Both the position numbers and the translations under genes were made by a program. A stretch of DNA of 64,000 bases from NCBI GenBank assembly GCA_964016885.1, contig OZ024742.1, positions 52,948,001 to 53,012,000 of the forward strand, read 5' to 3'. This document shows, one piece after another, positions 42,307 through 58,409 of this stretch. Positions within the stretch are counted from its first letter, which is position 1. Every line of letters starts with the position of its first letter. This DNA is from Eledone cirrhosa (taxonomy: Eukaryota). The notes below the pieces were generated by a model. The model searched no databases, had not been told where the DNA came from, and saw only the letters and a program-made list of their open reading frames with translations.

Positions 42307-42485
42307 GTTTCTACTTTTGGCACAAGGCCAGCAATTACTCAGTGCATTACTGGTACTTTATTTTATCGACCCCCTAAGGATGAAAGGCAAAGTTAACCTC
42401 GGCGGGATTTGAACTCAGAAAGGCAAGGGCCGTAACTCTTTGCTGCAAAGCATGGCGTCCGACCTCTACCGATACTGCCAATCCC
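42305..42485 (-). mobile_element. Octopod-type SINE
   Basis: Same consensus as 30071-30276. Confidence 0.8.
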
Positions 42486-42793
42486 CCATTTACTAGATAT
42501 AATATTAATGTTTTGCTAGAACAAATGGAACATTCATCGTCGAAATCGACGGAGATTCATTAACTGACGTATTTCAGAACAAGACAGTCAATCTATTGTG
42601 GACAAAAGTTAATATTAAGCACAAGTAATAACCTAAATGAAATAATTCAGTTTCACTAATAAAACATCATTTTCATAATTTCTTGATTTAATAAACTTTT
42701 CTTCCTAAATGTGTATATGTACTTATGTGTATATGTGCAAATTCACACACATAGACACATCATAACACACATACACACACACACGCGCGCGCG

Positions 42794-42905
<112 letters not shown>

Positions 42906-43268
42906 TACACACACACACAAATATATATACACATGGTGTGTGCACATTGATAACGCATATACTCATATATAAATATCTGTAGATAAGTCAGCTTCCTCCT
43001 ACTGCTTTCCTCGTTCTTTCTCTTCCTCCTCCTCTTCGGCACCATCATCATCATCATCACCATCATTTCAATGTTTTGTATATAAGTTGTTTTGTACATA
43101 ATCAGATTAATCTGTTGTGTTTATCTGGAATTATCTTTTCTTCGTTGACGCTCGTATAGACACAGAAACACACACACCCACACATCTATCCATATATATA
43201 TTTGTATATGTATATATATATATATACATATATATGTGTGTGTGTGTGTGTGTAAATACACACACATA

Positions 43269-43312
<44 letters not shown>

Positions 43313-43354
43313 GATGCCGTTAATACATATATTCATCTAGATATATTTTTATAT

Positions 43355-43410
<56 letters not shown>

Positions 43411-43438
43411 TCTTCTATCTCTCTCCGTCTCTGTGTAA

Positions 43439-43501
<63 letters not shown>

Positions 43502-43707
43502 AAATGAAGCATTTCGTATTTAAAAAATAACTAAAAATTATGTTTGTATACATAAATATACAATTTTGACTTTATGTATATCAGTCTGTCTCTTTGTTTG
43601 TATATATATATATATATGCATATATATATATGCATATATATATGTGTATATATATATATATACATATTATATATATATATATACACATATTATATATATA
43701 TAATATG

Positions 43708-43777
<70 letters not shown>

Positions 43778-43805
43778 GTATATATATATTTATATATATA
43801 ATATG

Positions 43806-43861
<56 letters not shown>

Positions 43862-45503
43862 GTATATATATGTGTGTGTGTTATTTTTTTTAATTCAATT
43901 CCGCTTTATTTTGTAAACGCTAATTTTGATGCAAAAAGAAAAAAACATAAAAATATAACAAAAGTAGAAACGAAATACAGAATTAAAATTGAAAACGAAA
44001 AATTTCAAACTACAATGTAAAATGCTAGCAATAAAATTTACACATTATTTACATGAACCGTTTGGATGGCTTCAAGTGCCTGATTTGAAAATAAAAAAGA
44101 AACGAAAAGCAAATAAATATTGATTTATTTTCTTCAATAAAATCTTCTTCTTTAAATTTGAATCAGGTTTCGTCGTGACATTTGTTAATAAATAATATGT
44201 AAAGTCAGAAAATGGCGGACAAGATGGCGAACATGGTGCAGTACAGGATTTATATTCTTCCTTCCACTCCTCTTTTACAAGCCAAGTCAAGTCAATGTGG
44301 AAGCCTTTATGTGACCGATCTAACTGCAAGTAATAGCATCGAAATATCCATCACATCTCACTTTAACGACAGTGTAGTCATAAATATACAAAGTCGAGAG
44401 ATAGTCACGACTGTTACGTGCTGACTTATCAGTGCTGACTTGGGATAGGGGAGTAATGATACATTGGTCGAACAACTGGAAGAGTCAATGTCGACATTGA
44501 CGGAGGTTGGAACGAGGTTGACTTGCTACTCAAACACGAATAACAGAAATAACATCTCATATTTATTTCCCTCTATCCGTGATATCTCGTCTTGTCTTTC
44601 TTTTTTAATGCTACAGAGTCAGCTAAATAGGAACCAGTAATATAATATGCCCAATACTCTTGATCTTACTTCTTCTATAGCAGAAATACTGATATATAAT
44701 TAAAACAAATAACATATCAATATAATTAAAATTAAAATATTTACAAAGAAAACCGACTTGGGTAGTAGACTAAACCCCTCAACCTATCTAACTACCTCCT
44801 GGAACTGTATTGGTGCACACTAAATTAAAACATTAGAAGAGAGGCTCTGGCTTGAGGATAGCTCTGTCCATAAGGATATTTCACTTGATATTCTAAAGCC
44901 ATTGTCATTTGTTGCGATTTAATATTTCAAATTTCAAATCATTGAAAGGCCTCAATAAATCATATATATTCTTTTAATTTGAAGGTAACAGGAAAGCACG
45001 TTAACTACCACGGAAAAGAACCACTGACCAGCAATTCTATCCTGTTGGAAGAGTTTAAGCATGTAGCCAGAACTGTAAACACGATGGTTGTCATAAGAAG
45101 TATTGATCAATTTCATCTCTTCCGCGATGAGATGGCTCGTGTTTTCAATATGCACCAAACTGGATCTAAATTAGGAATATTTATTTCTAAACTGATAATA
45201 ACTGTTTCTACTTTTGGCACAAGGACGGCAATTACCCCAGTGCATTACTGGTGCTTTTATTTTTATGGATCCCGTAATGATGAAAGGCAAGGGTAACATC
45301 GGCAGGATTTGAACTCAAAACGTAAAGGGACATAACTCTAAACTGATAATAACGCTCTTATTTACTCTGCTCTGCCTCTTACACTACATATAAATGAGCG
45401 GACATGTGCGTATATATGAGTGTCTGGATTGATGAATGTGTATATGTGAGGAAGTGAGTGGACGCACAAGTATGTATATATATATATATAAATATATATA
45501 TAA

Positions 45504-46509
<1,006 letters not shown>

Positions 46510-46510
<1 letters not shown>

Positions 46511-47640
46511 AAATTTCCAACAGGTTCGCTTTTCTCAATGATAGTACTGTCCACTTTTCCAATTATAGCAGCAACAGGTGTGAAAGAGGATCATTTGATG
46601 TTCAGGATTCATCAGATACACTGCTGATGAAACCTTTCCAGCTGCTTGGCATGATGCTTGTAAGTTGTCCACATTTCGCATCCGTATATCAGTAATGTAA
46701 GAACACAAGCCTCATACACAGAAAGCTTTGTGTCTCTAGAGATACCCCGATCTACCAGAAACGCTTCTCAAGCTTCCGAAAGATAAGACTCACTTTCACA
46801 ATCCTGTGATCTATTTCAGCATCGAGGGTACTATTTTTACTAAGTGTACTTCAGAGATACACAAAGCTGTCCACCATTTCAAGTCATTTTACTCCCCCGA
46901 AATGACTGGTTCCACATACACTTCCCCCACCTGGTGGAGTGTACATGGCATTTGTCTTTTTATGCTAATATTTAGCCCAAATGCAGTACATGCATCGGAG
47001 AAGGTGTTCAATATCAACTGCATGTTTTCTATTGTGTGAGCCACAAAATCTGCATCATCAGCATAAAGGAACACTTTGAAAAGAGTGCCTAATGTTTTAG
47101 ACTTGGTACTAAATCATCGTAGATTACAAACTTTGTCAGAGGTTCTAAGTCACAAATATACACAGATTTCGAAGTTTTGGAAGTTATATGTCAGTGGCAG
47201 GACAAAACAGAGAGAGAACAGAGTGGGTGCAGTTATGTTGCCCTATTCACACCGTTTACCATAGAAACTGGCTCAGAAGCGTCCCATTGAAGTCACTTTT
47301 GCCTTCATATTTTGCTGGAGTGTTTTTTTATATTCCAACACATTCAGGAATGCATCCAAGTTTTTCCAATATGACCTACAATGCACAACGATTAACAGTA
47401 TCGAAGGCTTTTGTAAAGTCCACAAATATTTGGTACAGTGGTACTCGCTGCTCAACACACTTCTCCATAAGCTGGTGGACTGGATCTCAGAGATGGCACC
47501 AGGGCAGATCCATTTTATCAGACGATTCGGCAGAACCTTGGATAAGACGTTTCCTACCTATTCTAGCAAACTTATACCACAGTAATCACCGCATTCAGTC
47601 TTCAAGTCTCTGCAGTTATAAACTCTCAGCATGTCTACTG
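46510..47640 (-). pseudogene. Decayed RTE LINE RT fragment
   Basis: YCGISLL, FVDFTKAFDTV, FLYADDADFVAHT..FSDACTAFGL, and a LERFHQ-like segment; paralogous to the 24.7-28.3 kb RTE. Confidence 0.85.
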
Positions 47641-47877
47641 AAACTTCAGTAGGTTTTATATACATATATGCTGAAACCGGTAATAGACAATAATTAAATA
47701 TATAAATAGATAAATAAATGCCATTGTTAAATAATATATAAATCAAGTAATACCTTACACTTCACACAAAGTAAAACATTTCGTTTTAATCATTTTCTAA
47801 CCCAGAAAAAAGAGAGAGGGAAAGAAAAAAGGAAAAAAATATATTTTTCTTCCTAATAATCGTCTCTTTCTCCCTGT

Positions 47878-47910
<33 letters not shown>

Positions 47911-47912
<2 letters not shown>

Positions 47913-50570
47913 TGGACTGCATATAACTATTATTTGTTACCCCGTATACTTAGCTCCCACCTGGTTGAGCAACACCATTAACGCACGGCAACAACATGGA
48001 GAAGCACCGTATAGGAATGTCACTGAAAAACATACCTATACCTACAAAAAAGGACTATACACTGGGCATGATACAACGGACTAATGATTTCATCCGCAGG
48101 GTCCGATGGAAGGCTTACCATTTCGATAAGGGACCGAATACTAACGCAAGGGAATTTTCTAAGGAGAATTACGGGTTTAAATCCTGCAAAAACCCGCCAA
48201 ACAACCCCACACTCGATGCCTTCGAGCTAGACCTTATGAATATGATAAGTGAAACTAAATTCAAAAAAAGAACAAATCACAACAAATTGCAAAAAGACAT
48301 AAATACACTACTAAAAAAACTAAAAGACACTAACGGTATCATAGTAAAAGGAGACAAAACATCAAACGTCTACTCTATGGACATTAACACATACAATAAC
48401 TTTATCCAGCGTGAACTACATAAAAAATACAAAAAAACAAATGAATCTACACTCACCAGCATTAACGTGGAGGGCCTCAAGATAGTTAATAAACTCGGAA
48501 TTCCCGATAGGACCGAACCGCTAACCCCGAGCAACCCAACATTTAACCTGAAGGATCACAAAAATAATTTTGAAACAAAGCCTACCATTAGATTAATATG
48601 CCCATCCAAGTCAGACATAGGCAAAATTAGCAAGAACATTCTAGATAGGGTAATCGCACAAATAAAGGGTAAACTAGAAATCAATTTATGGGGTAATACT
48701 AACGAGGCGATTGAATGGTTCAATAAAATACAAAATAAGGAAACGTGTAACTTCATACAATTTGATATAGACGACTACTATGCATCCATATCCCCAGCCA
48801 CCCTAGATAAAGCGCTTATATTTGCCCAAAATAACTCCGATCTTACCCATGAGGAAATTGAAATAATAATAGCGGCTAGAACGACTATCATAAAATTTGA
48901 AAATAGCTACTGGGTAAGAAGAGATAGGATAAACAGCTTCGATATAACAATGGGATCAAGTGACTCTGCGCAAATTACAGATATTGTGGGGCTATTCATA
49001 GCACACAACCTACATAAGGAATTCAGTAACCTCCAAGGAGGAATTTATAGGGACAACACGCTACTTATAGCTAAGAACTTAAACAACCAGAGCATGGAAA
49101 GATTAAGAAAAAAACATTAGAATATTCTTCAAAAAACTAGGCCTAAGTATTACCTACGAACTGAACCATAAGAAGGTAAACTTTCTAGATGTGACTCTAA
49201 ATCTAAATACAGGATTAATAGAACCTTTCCACAAAAATAATGAAAATCTGGCCTACATCAGTTATAACTCAAACCACCCCAAATCCATAATCAGATCCAT
49301 AGCACGTAGTATATCCCTTCGAATATCCCGCCTATCCTCCAACCTAGAAATCTTTAACGAACATGCTAACTATTATAACACAGCATTACGTAGGGCCGGA
49401 CATAAAGATAAACTGCAGTATATAGCGAATAAAGACAACGTAAACAATCCTAATAGCAACTACACCAACCGCTCACACAATAATAGAAGTAACTGGACTA
49501 AACATAGGGTTAGGCACGTAGCACCTGGAGTGAACGGTCAAAACACTAATAACGTAAACCCAAGAAATAATAGAAGAATCAGAGAAAGAAAATACCTATG
49601 GTTCAACCCAATCTTCAACTCCTCTATAAAAACCAGACTGCCTTCTACATTCTTTAAACTAATAGATAAACACTTCCCTATCTCACATAGATATCATAAA
49701 ATACTCAATAGAAATACTATAAAACTCTCATACTCGACGGCAGCAAATATAGAATCGCACATACGCAAGATCAACCACAGAAATATCTCTAGTGAATCAG
49801 CCACACCTATGCGCAACATAGCAACAAATTATAAGCATAAACACATCACAGTATCACAACCGCAAGCGCATACAAACGCGCAGCAGCAAAACCCTAACGG
49901 GCATAAATCACAACCCACTTATAACAGAGTACTAAACAGCAGTGTAGAAGCTGCACAAAATAACACCTCAAACTGTAACTGTCACCTACCGGATAGGTGC
50001 CCATTGGCGAATAGATGTCTCGATTCGAGCCTAGTGTACATGTGCACGGTCAACTCAGACAACTCCACCTGGCATTACATTGGATCCACCGCGGGTTATT
50101 TTTAAAAAAAGATGGTATGTGCACAGGCACTCGATGAAAAATCGTGCACTTATGGGTTCTACAACCCTCGCCAAAAAAATATGGGAACTGAAGGACAACA
50201 ACACTAGCTACAGTATCAACTGGTCGAGGTTGTCGGCTGCTAAAACCTATAGTACAGGTATGTCCCACTGCGGGCTATGTGATCTAGAACTACTGTATAT
50301 CCTTAAAAATGTAAAAAGGCTACTTAACAACAAGTTAGAAAGATCTATATTCTGCAGACATAGAATTGCCACTAAATTCATAAGATTCAAACCTCCGTGA
50401 ATCGAATCGACATAACATAGCTTTAAACTAGGATACCCACTACCCTGCATGAATCACCACAGAAATATACTCATTAAGTACATTCTAGCCTTCTTAGTTC
50501 TATACCACACAAATGTCTGTAAGTACCTCATCAACCCATAAACTTATTTCTTCTCAGCTGCTGTCATCAC
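47911..50570 (+). mobile_element. Near full-length Naiad-type PLE ORF (two frameshifts, RT YRDN)
   Basis: 47996-49120 (SLKNIPIP N-terminus, FDIDDYYASI, FDITMGSSD, GGIYRDN); 49191-50105 (thumb, WFNP, CNC..CPLANRC..YIG); 50080-50400 (CGLC..FCRH). Frameshifts fall in A/T runs near 49110 and 50100. Starts right after (TA)n. Confidence 0.93.
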
Positions 50571-51690
50571 ATGATCCTAAATCCAAGAACTTTTCAAAAC
50601 ACTACTACAATGGAACTTTACCTTCCTCTTCCTCTGCGAAGATGCCTCTCCAGGAAACCCGGGAAATCTACTGACGCATGCTCCCTCAGAGACTGCCCGA
50701 TACGCCATGCGAACTGTTGCCTACGCACATACGTCGTGTATAAGATAGAATGTGACAGGTGCAACCAATACTACATAGGTAGCACAATCCGACCTTTGCA
50801 CATCCGGATCAAGGAACACACTAAAACTAGGGCCTCGTCTTTCCGGAAACACATAGACAAATGCGGAAACAAAGACGGAAGGCCCATTGTCACAATTCTA
50901 GCGACTGAAAGAAACGTCGGCACGTTACGTATCAAGGAAGCGCTTTTTACCAAACGCCTGCAACCGCAAATAAACAATCGATCCGAGAGAAGCGAAATGA
51001 GATGGCTGGTTTAAGTTAACAAACGATGCAGCAACACACGCACACACACACACACACACAAACGAGACAACTACACACACACACGCACACACACAAACGA
51101 GACAACTACACACACACACGCACACACACACAGTAGCATTCCACCATACGAACTTACTACACTGCCAATACAGAGGAACAAGGCAACAACACACGCACAC
51201 ACACACACTCAAGTGAGACAACAACACGCGCACAGACACACACAGTAACATTTAACAAACAGGCAGAGAATGGACTGACAGCTAGCGCCACCCCACTCCC
51301 TCATTCGGCCGCTGACCTCTGCCCGACCGACCCTATTTCACGCGCACGCGCGCTCTGCTGAATACCTCAGATATTCAAAACAACAAACAGCGGAGGGCGC
51401 GTTTCGCACCTTTCCGACAGACAACCTTTCCCCCACCCCGGAAAAAACCCCCAGTTGATGGATGTGAATCCGAAATATATAGGGACAATTAAATCTCTCC
51501 CAAGGTAACTCTCTCTTGTGTTGTTATTTTTATTTTATCCTTTATACTCTTTCCTTCATTCTTCTACACATCTTATACACACCACACATCTCAACGTACA
51601 CCCACTTACATCTCTCTCTCCACCACCGGATCTTGTTACCCGGAGATTTAGCCATTTGCATTGTCGAGGTTTCCAAACGACTTAAAGATA
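50571..51690 (+). mobile_element. 3' fragment of a different PLE clade (Nematis/Poseidon-like GIY-YIG + pLTR)
   Basis: VVYKIECDRCNQYYIGSTIRPLHIRIKEH..IKEAL..LQPQIN. Degenerate HHR-like GGAT-gtga-ATCC-GAAA-TATA-TA-GGG at 51448-51485. Confidence 0.8.
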
Positions 51691-52516
51691 TTTACATATA
51701 TATATATATTTGTATATGTAAGAGACGAGTAATAAATTCCGTAGACAAGATTATTTAATTTATCCTCTGTATTGTCTTCACGAATCTTTTGACGGTTGCT
51801 ATTTCGCTAAATTGAAAATATCTACTTCTTCCTTGTTATACACTCCTTAAGGTTGGAGGGTCACAGTGTAATATAATCATTCAACCATGCACCTAACATA
51901 TCTATGGAGTAAATTAAGCGCTTTATTACATACATACCGTGGCAGCTATTTTAGATAGATGATTGATAACTAAGGATATATTCGTTTCGTTTCGTTTTCT
52001 TTTCTAACGTTTTGTTCGCTATTTTGCTTATTGTTTTCTTCTTCTGCCTGTGGTGTTTGGTATTAGCATTTTTGTTCCTTTTATTGTCGTCATTGGTGTT
52101 GTTGTTGTTGTGTTAATAATGATTTCTACCATCCGGTTTTAAATAAATGCAACTGATAAAAATCAACGATGGTTAAATTCTCCTTAACACGCATTATTAT
52201 TCCTGACAGCTGAAAGTTTATAAAGGTTACTAATCACATATGGACACAAAGAGAGATGACCAGAGAAAATTTTTATTAAACAGCTTGGAAATCTTCGCTT
52301 GTAGAGGATATGAGTGGTTGAACTTTGAATGGTGATGCATTTTTCATGTTAAGAAGAAGAGTTAAACATTTATTATTACATTATTATTTATTGGTTGGTT
52401 TTTCTTCGTTCTCAGAGATATCTGATTGGAATATTTCTTCGTGGCCCATCACCCACATTTGATTATTGCGGTCGTCTGAATTGAAGAAAATAATTCTATT
52501 AATCATTCTTTCTCTT

Positions 52517-52564
<48 letters not shown>

Positions 52565-52565
52565 G

Positions 52566-52840
<275 letters not shown>

Positions 52841-52969
52841 ATGCATGTATGTGAGAGAGAGGAGGAAAGTGTCTATATGTGTATATATATGTCTTCGTGT
52901 GTGTATGTATATTTATATATAGATGTGTTTGAATTATATATATATACTTTGATTACTCGATGTATTCAA

Positions 52970-53042
<73 letters not shown>

Positions 53043-54413
53043 ACAAATATACATAGATTTACACATATGTATATATGAAATATATACATACGACACACAC
53101 GTGTCTATATATATATAATTAGATATATCGATCGCTCTTTCTCCCCCCCCCCCCTCTCTCTCTCTATCTATCTATCTATCATTCTCTTTATCTAACTATG
53201 TGGATTCATAACCTTTGACATCGTGACAAATTGTTGTCAAAGATTAATTTCCTCCATAGTTTTAATTATTAATGTTTCAGCTAAACTATGAAAGAAAGTT
53301 TGACAGATCATCTGTTATTACAATAGCTACGTTCCGTTGGTCTTCCTCTATCTGAGCTGAAACATATGGAGTGGGGAGAAGTAAATGAGCCCCGTCTTCG
53401 CTTATTCTTTTTTTCCACTGTTGTTCGGCTTTCTCCGTGTCTGCTAACAGATTTCTCAACTGGCAGCGTCGTTAAGACGAAAGGATAGAAGGTTTTGCGG
53501 TAAGCATTCTGGCTTTCTGTATGTACTCTGTACATACAAATCACGCTGAGGTCAACTTTGTCTTTCTTTAGGGGTTGATAAAATAAAGCACAGGTCTAAG
53601 TAGATGGATTGGCAGAATTGTTAGAACATTGGACGAGATGTTTTGTGAAATCTGTTCCAGCACTTTGCCATTGTGGTCTACTTGAGTGGTAGACTTAATC
53701 CATCATCCTGTTTATCATCACCACATGGCCCTTTGATACCTTTAATAGAATCTACTCTGATGCAAATATACGGGCCAAGTCTCCGATTTGTGGGCATTTC
53801 TTTCTTCCCTTCCACTAATCCTGGATGCCCTTAATGGTTATGGTTCCTGTCTTTACCTGTCTAACTATTAGTAAAAAATAGAATGTATTTTACAGAATTT
53901 GAACCCACGAAGCATATGCTTTCTATCCATTAAAATTCTGTTCAATCAGTATCTTTTGGTTGTTATTGTTGTTGCTGTTGTTGTGGGTGCGTCATGAAAT
54001 CAACGTTTCATTTATTTTGTGGGGATAAAAATAAACTCCGGGAGGTTTACTACTCAAATTCTAATTTGTAATCCTTCGTTTCAAAGCCTCGTGTTTCCAC
54101 CCACGCTGGTGTACGGTTAAAAATGTGGAGCATCATAACAGAAACGAAGTACAAGACAACATGTAATTCTCTTTTACTCTACCAGTACTTGCCACACCTG
54201 TTATTATTGGTAATTATTTTAGATTACTATCGCTATTCCGTATTAGTTTACTGCTTCAATAGTTAACGATCCACTTAATAGGATCATTAAAAACACCGTC
54301 AAATTTTATTTAAGAAACCAAACAGAAAAAAATCAAATAGAAAATAAAATCAAACTCAATGCTAAAAGAACAATTAGTTCGCTTGTTGGTCATTAAATTG
54401 TCGAAGAAAGTCT

Positions 54414-54752
54414 TTTCTGTATGGCGGTGGGGAGAGTCGTCAGGTTTCTGTATGGAGGTGGGGAGAGTCGTCAGGTTTCTGTATGTCGGTGGGGAAAGTC
54501 GTCAGGTTTCTGTATGGCGGTGGGGAAAGTCGTCAGGTTTCTGTATGGAGGTGGGGAGAGTCGTCAGGTTTCTGTATGGCGGTGGGGAGAGTCGTCAGGT
54601 TTCTGTATGGCGGTGGGGAGAGTCGTCAGGTTTCTGTATGGCGGTGGGGAGAGTCGTCAGGTTTCTGTATGTCGGTGGGGAAAGTCGTCAGGTTTCTGTA
54701 TGGCGGTGGGGAAAGTCGTCAGGTTTCTGTATGGAGGTGGGGAGAGTCGTCA
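54414..54752. repeat. 31-bp G-rich minisatellite, about 11 copies
   Basis: tctgtatggcggtggggagagtcgtcaggtt head-to-tail, without spacers. Confidence 0.95.
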
Positions 54753-54859
54753 AATATGTCCGATACAATGTGAAGCCAGTAATTTTTGGTTATTAAATGA
54801 AACATCCTGTTCTACGTTTTTGCTATCGTCGTCACAAGCCATCAACATTATAATTACAG

Positions 54860-57530
54860 CCATCCCCAACACCATAACCATCATCGTCATCATGATCCCC
54901 AACACCATAACCATCATCGTCATCATAATCCCCAACACCATAACCATCATTGTCATCATAATCACCAACACCATAACCATCATCGTCATCATAATCACCA
55001 ACACCATAACCATCATCGTCATCATGATCCCCAACACCATAACCATCATCGTCATCATAATCCCCAACACCATAACCATCATTGTCATCATAATCCCCAA
55101 CACCATAACCATCATTGTCATCATAATCACCAACACCATAATCATCATCGTCATCATAATCCCCAACACCATAACCATCATTGTCATCATAATCCCCAAC
55201 ACCATAACCATCATCGTCATCATGATCCCCAACACCATAACCATCATCGTCATCATAATCCCCAACACCATAACCATCATTGTCATCATAATCCCCAACA
55301 CCATAACCATCATCGTCATCATGATCCCCAACACCATAACCATCATCGTCATCATAATCCCCAACACCATAACCATCATCGTCATCGTAATCACCAACAC
55401 CATAATCATCATTGTCATCATAATCCCCAACACCATAACCATCATTGTCATCATAATCACCAACACCATAACCATCATCGTCATCATAATCCCCAACACC
55501 ATAACCATCATTGTCATCATAATCACCAACACCATAACCATCATTGTCATCATGATCCCCAACACCATAACCATCATTGTCATCATAATCACCAACACCA
55601 TAACCATCATCGTCATCATAATCCCCAACACCATAACCATCATTGTCATCATAATCACCAACACCATAACCATCATCGTCATCATAATCCCCAACACCAT
55701 AACCATCATCGTCATCATAATCACCAACACCATAATCATCATTGTCATCATAATCCCCAACACCATAACCATCATTGTCATCATAATCACCAACACCATA
55801 ACCATCATCGTCATCATAATCCCCAACACCATAACCATCATTGTCATCATAATCACCAACACCATAACCATCATTGTCATCATGATCCCCAACACCATAA
55901 CCATCATTGTCATCATAATCACCAACACCATAACCATCATCGTCATCATAATCCCCAACACCATAACCATCATTGTCATCATAATCACCAACACCATAAC
56001 CATCATTGTCATCATAATCCCCAACACCATAACCATCATCGTCATCATAATCACCAACACCATAACCATCATCGTCATCATAATCCCCAACACCATAACC
56101 ATCATCGTCATCATAATCACCAACACCATAACCATCATCGTCATCATAATCACCAACACCATAATCATCATTGTCATCATGATCCCCAACACCATAACCA
56201 TCATCGTCATCATAATCCCCAACGCCATAACCATCATCGTCATCATGATCCCCAACACCATAACCATCATCGTCATCATAATCCCCAACACCATAACCAT
56301 CATCGTCATCATAATCACCAACACCATAACCATCATCGTCATCATAATCACCAACACCATAATCATCATTGTCATCATAATCACCAACACCATAACCATC
56401 ATCGTCATCATAATCACCAACACCATAACCATCATCGTCATCATAATCACCAACACCATAACCATCATTGTCATCATAATCACCAACACCATAACCATCA
56501 TCGTCATCATAATCACCAACACCATAACCATCATCGTCATCATAATCCCCAACGCCATAACCATCATTGTCATCATGATCCCCAACACCATAACCATCAT
56601 TGTCATCATAATCACCAACACCATAACCATCATCATCATCAATGTTCTCATCATCATCTTCATCAGCATCACCACCGTCGTCATCATTATCACCACCACC
56701 ATCATTATCAACACTATCACTATCATTATCGCCACCATCGTCATCACCATCATCATCAACACCCTCATCATCACCATCAATATCATCATTATCATCAACA
56801 TCGTAAACATCACCATCATAATCATCATCACCACCATCATTATCATCACCACAACCATTACCACCATCATTATCATCACCACAACCATCACCACAACCAC
56901 CGCCATCATTATCATCACAACAACCACCGCCATTATAATCAACATCACCGCCATCATTATCATCACAACAACCATCACCATCATAATCAACATCACCACC
57001 ATCCTTATCATCACCACAACCACCGCCATTATAATCATCATCACCACCATCATTATAATCACCACAACCATCACCATCATAATCATCATCACCACCATCC
57101 TTATCATCACCACAACCACCGCCATTATAATCATCATCACCGCCATCATTATAATCACCACAACCACCGCCATTATAATCATCATCACCGCCATCATTAT
57201 AATCACCACAACCATCACCATCATAATCATCATCACCACCATCATTATCATCACCACAACCATTACCACCATCATTATCATCACCACAACCATCACCACA
57301 ACCACCGACATCATTATCATCACCACAACCACCGCCACCATGATTATCATCACCATAACCACCACCATCATCATTATCATCACCACAACCACCGCCACCA
57401 TCCTTATCATCACCACCATCATTACCATCATCACAACCACCGCCATCAATACCATCACTACAACCACGACCATCATCATTATCATCACCACAACCACCAC
57501 CATCATCATTATCATCACCACCATCATTAT
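54860..57530. repeat. 33-bp minisatellite (about 54 copies) grading into degenerate (CAT/CAC/AAC)n
   Basis: atccccaacaccataaccatcatcgtcatcata unit from 54860 to about 56635; low-complexity trinucleotide mosaic to 57530. Confidence 0.95.
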
Positions 57531-57557
57531 AAAATAACAACATTGCTATAGTAGTTA

Positions 57558-58135
57558 CTAGCAGAATGGCCCGGCGTTGCTCGGGATTTGATCTAGGGTT
57601 CTTATATATTTGATATATATTTATCCTTATCGAGCCTCGTGAAATAAATACGTTTGGTTATATTTTGTTATTGTGTATGCAAAAATATCTGTACACGAAT
57701 ATATAATTATATATATTAAAATAACAGATTAAAGTTTAAGCAAAGAATCCTTAACGGGATCTTCTGAAACTAAAAAAATCAATCTGTGAACGCAGAAGTA
57801 AATATTTCGAAAAACGTTACACACTATATATACATACACACACACACAGAGATAGCGACGTCATAATGTCGTAATTCAGACAGCCAGACATACAGACAGA
57901 TATTATAAGGGCGCAATGTTATATTTATGTATCTATCTAAAAAGAAAGACTAAGAATTATAGAGAGAGATCGCTAAATCGCCTAGGGCATTGAAAATTTG
58001 AAATATTGTTTGCTCAAAACACTCACAGGACCATAAGTATTACATGTGTAAAGTTTGAAAACAATCGGCTGGGTGGTTCTCGAGTTTTAGGGAGTCAGAC
58101 AGACAGACATACATTCTCTGTTTTAGATATATAGA
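57558..58135 (-). mobile_element. Non-autonomous Helitron (Lep1-like layout)
   Basis: Minus strand starts A|TCTATATATC, has (TGTC)n near the 5' end, a subterminal hairpin CCCG-agcaacgc-CGGG and ends CTAG|T (A-T insertion site). Confidence 0.75.
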
Positions 58136-58191
58136 TTAGTGCTATTATCACTTTAAAGTTTCATCCCTATTATTCACTGAAGTTAGTAGTA

Positions 58192-58282
<91 letters not shown>

Positions 58283-58409
58283 CAGCACCAGCAGCACAGC
58301 AGTAGCAGCAGCAAAATAACCACTTGGAGGGTTACATTTCTTGCATGAAGTAATGAAGACACGACAAGAAATATTTCTATTTCGTGTTTAAGATTTCGAT
58401 AGGGAAAAT

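Noticed and set aside
53308-53544. Possible host exon on the minus strand
   Set aside because: An acceptor-like site exists, but there is no convincing donor or recognisable homology.
54414-54752. CRISPR-like 31-bp repeats
   Set aside because: Units are contiguous with no unique spacers, there are no cas genes, and the context is eukaryotic.
54421-57537. 1038-aa and 925-aa ORFs as genes
   Set aside because: Entirely minisatellite or trinucleotide repeat; open on both strands because of composition.
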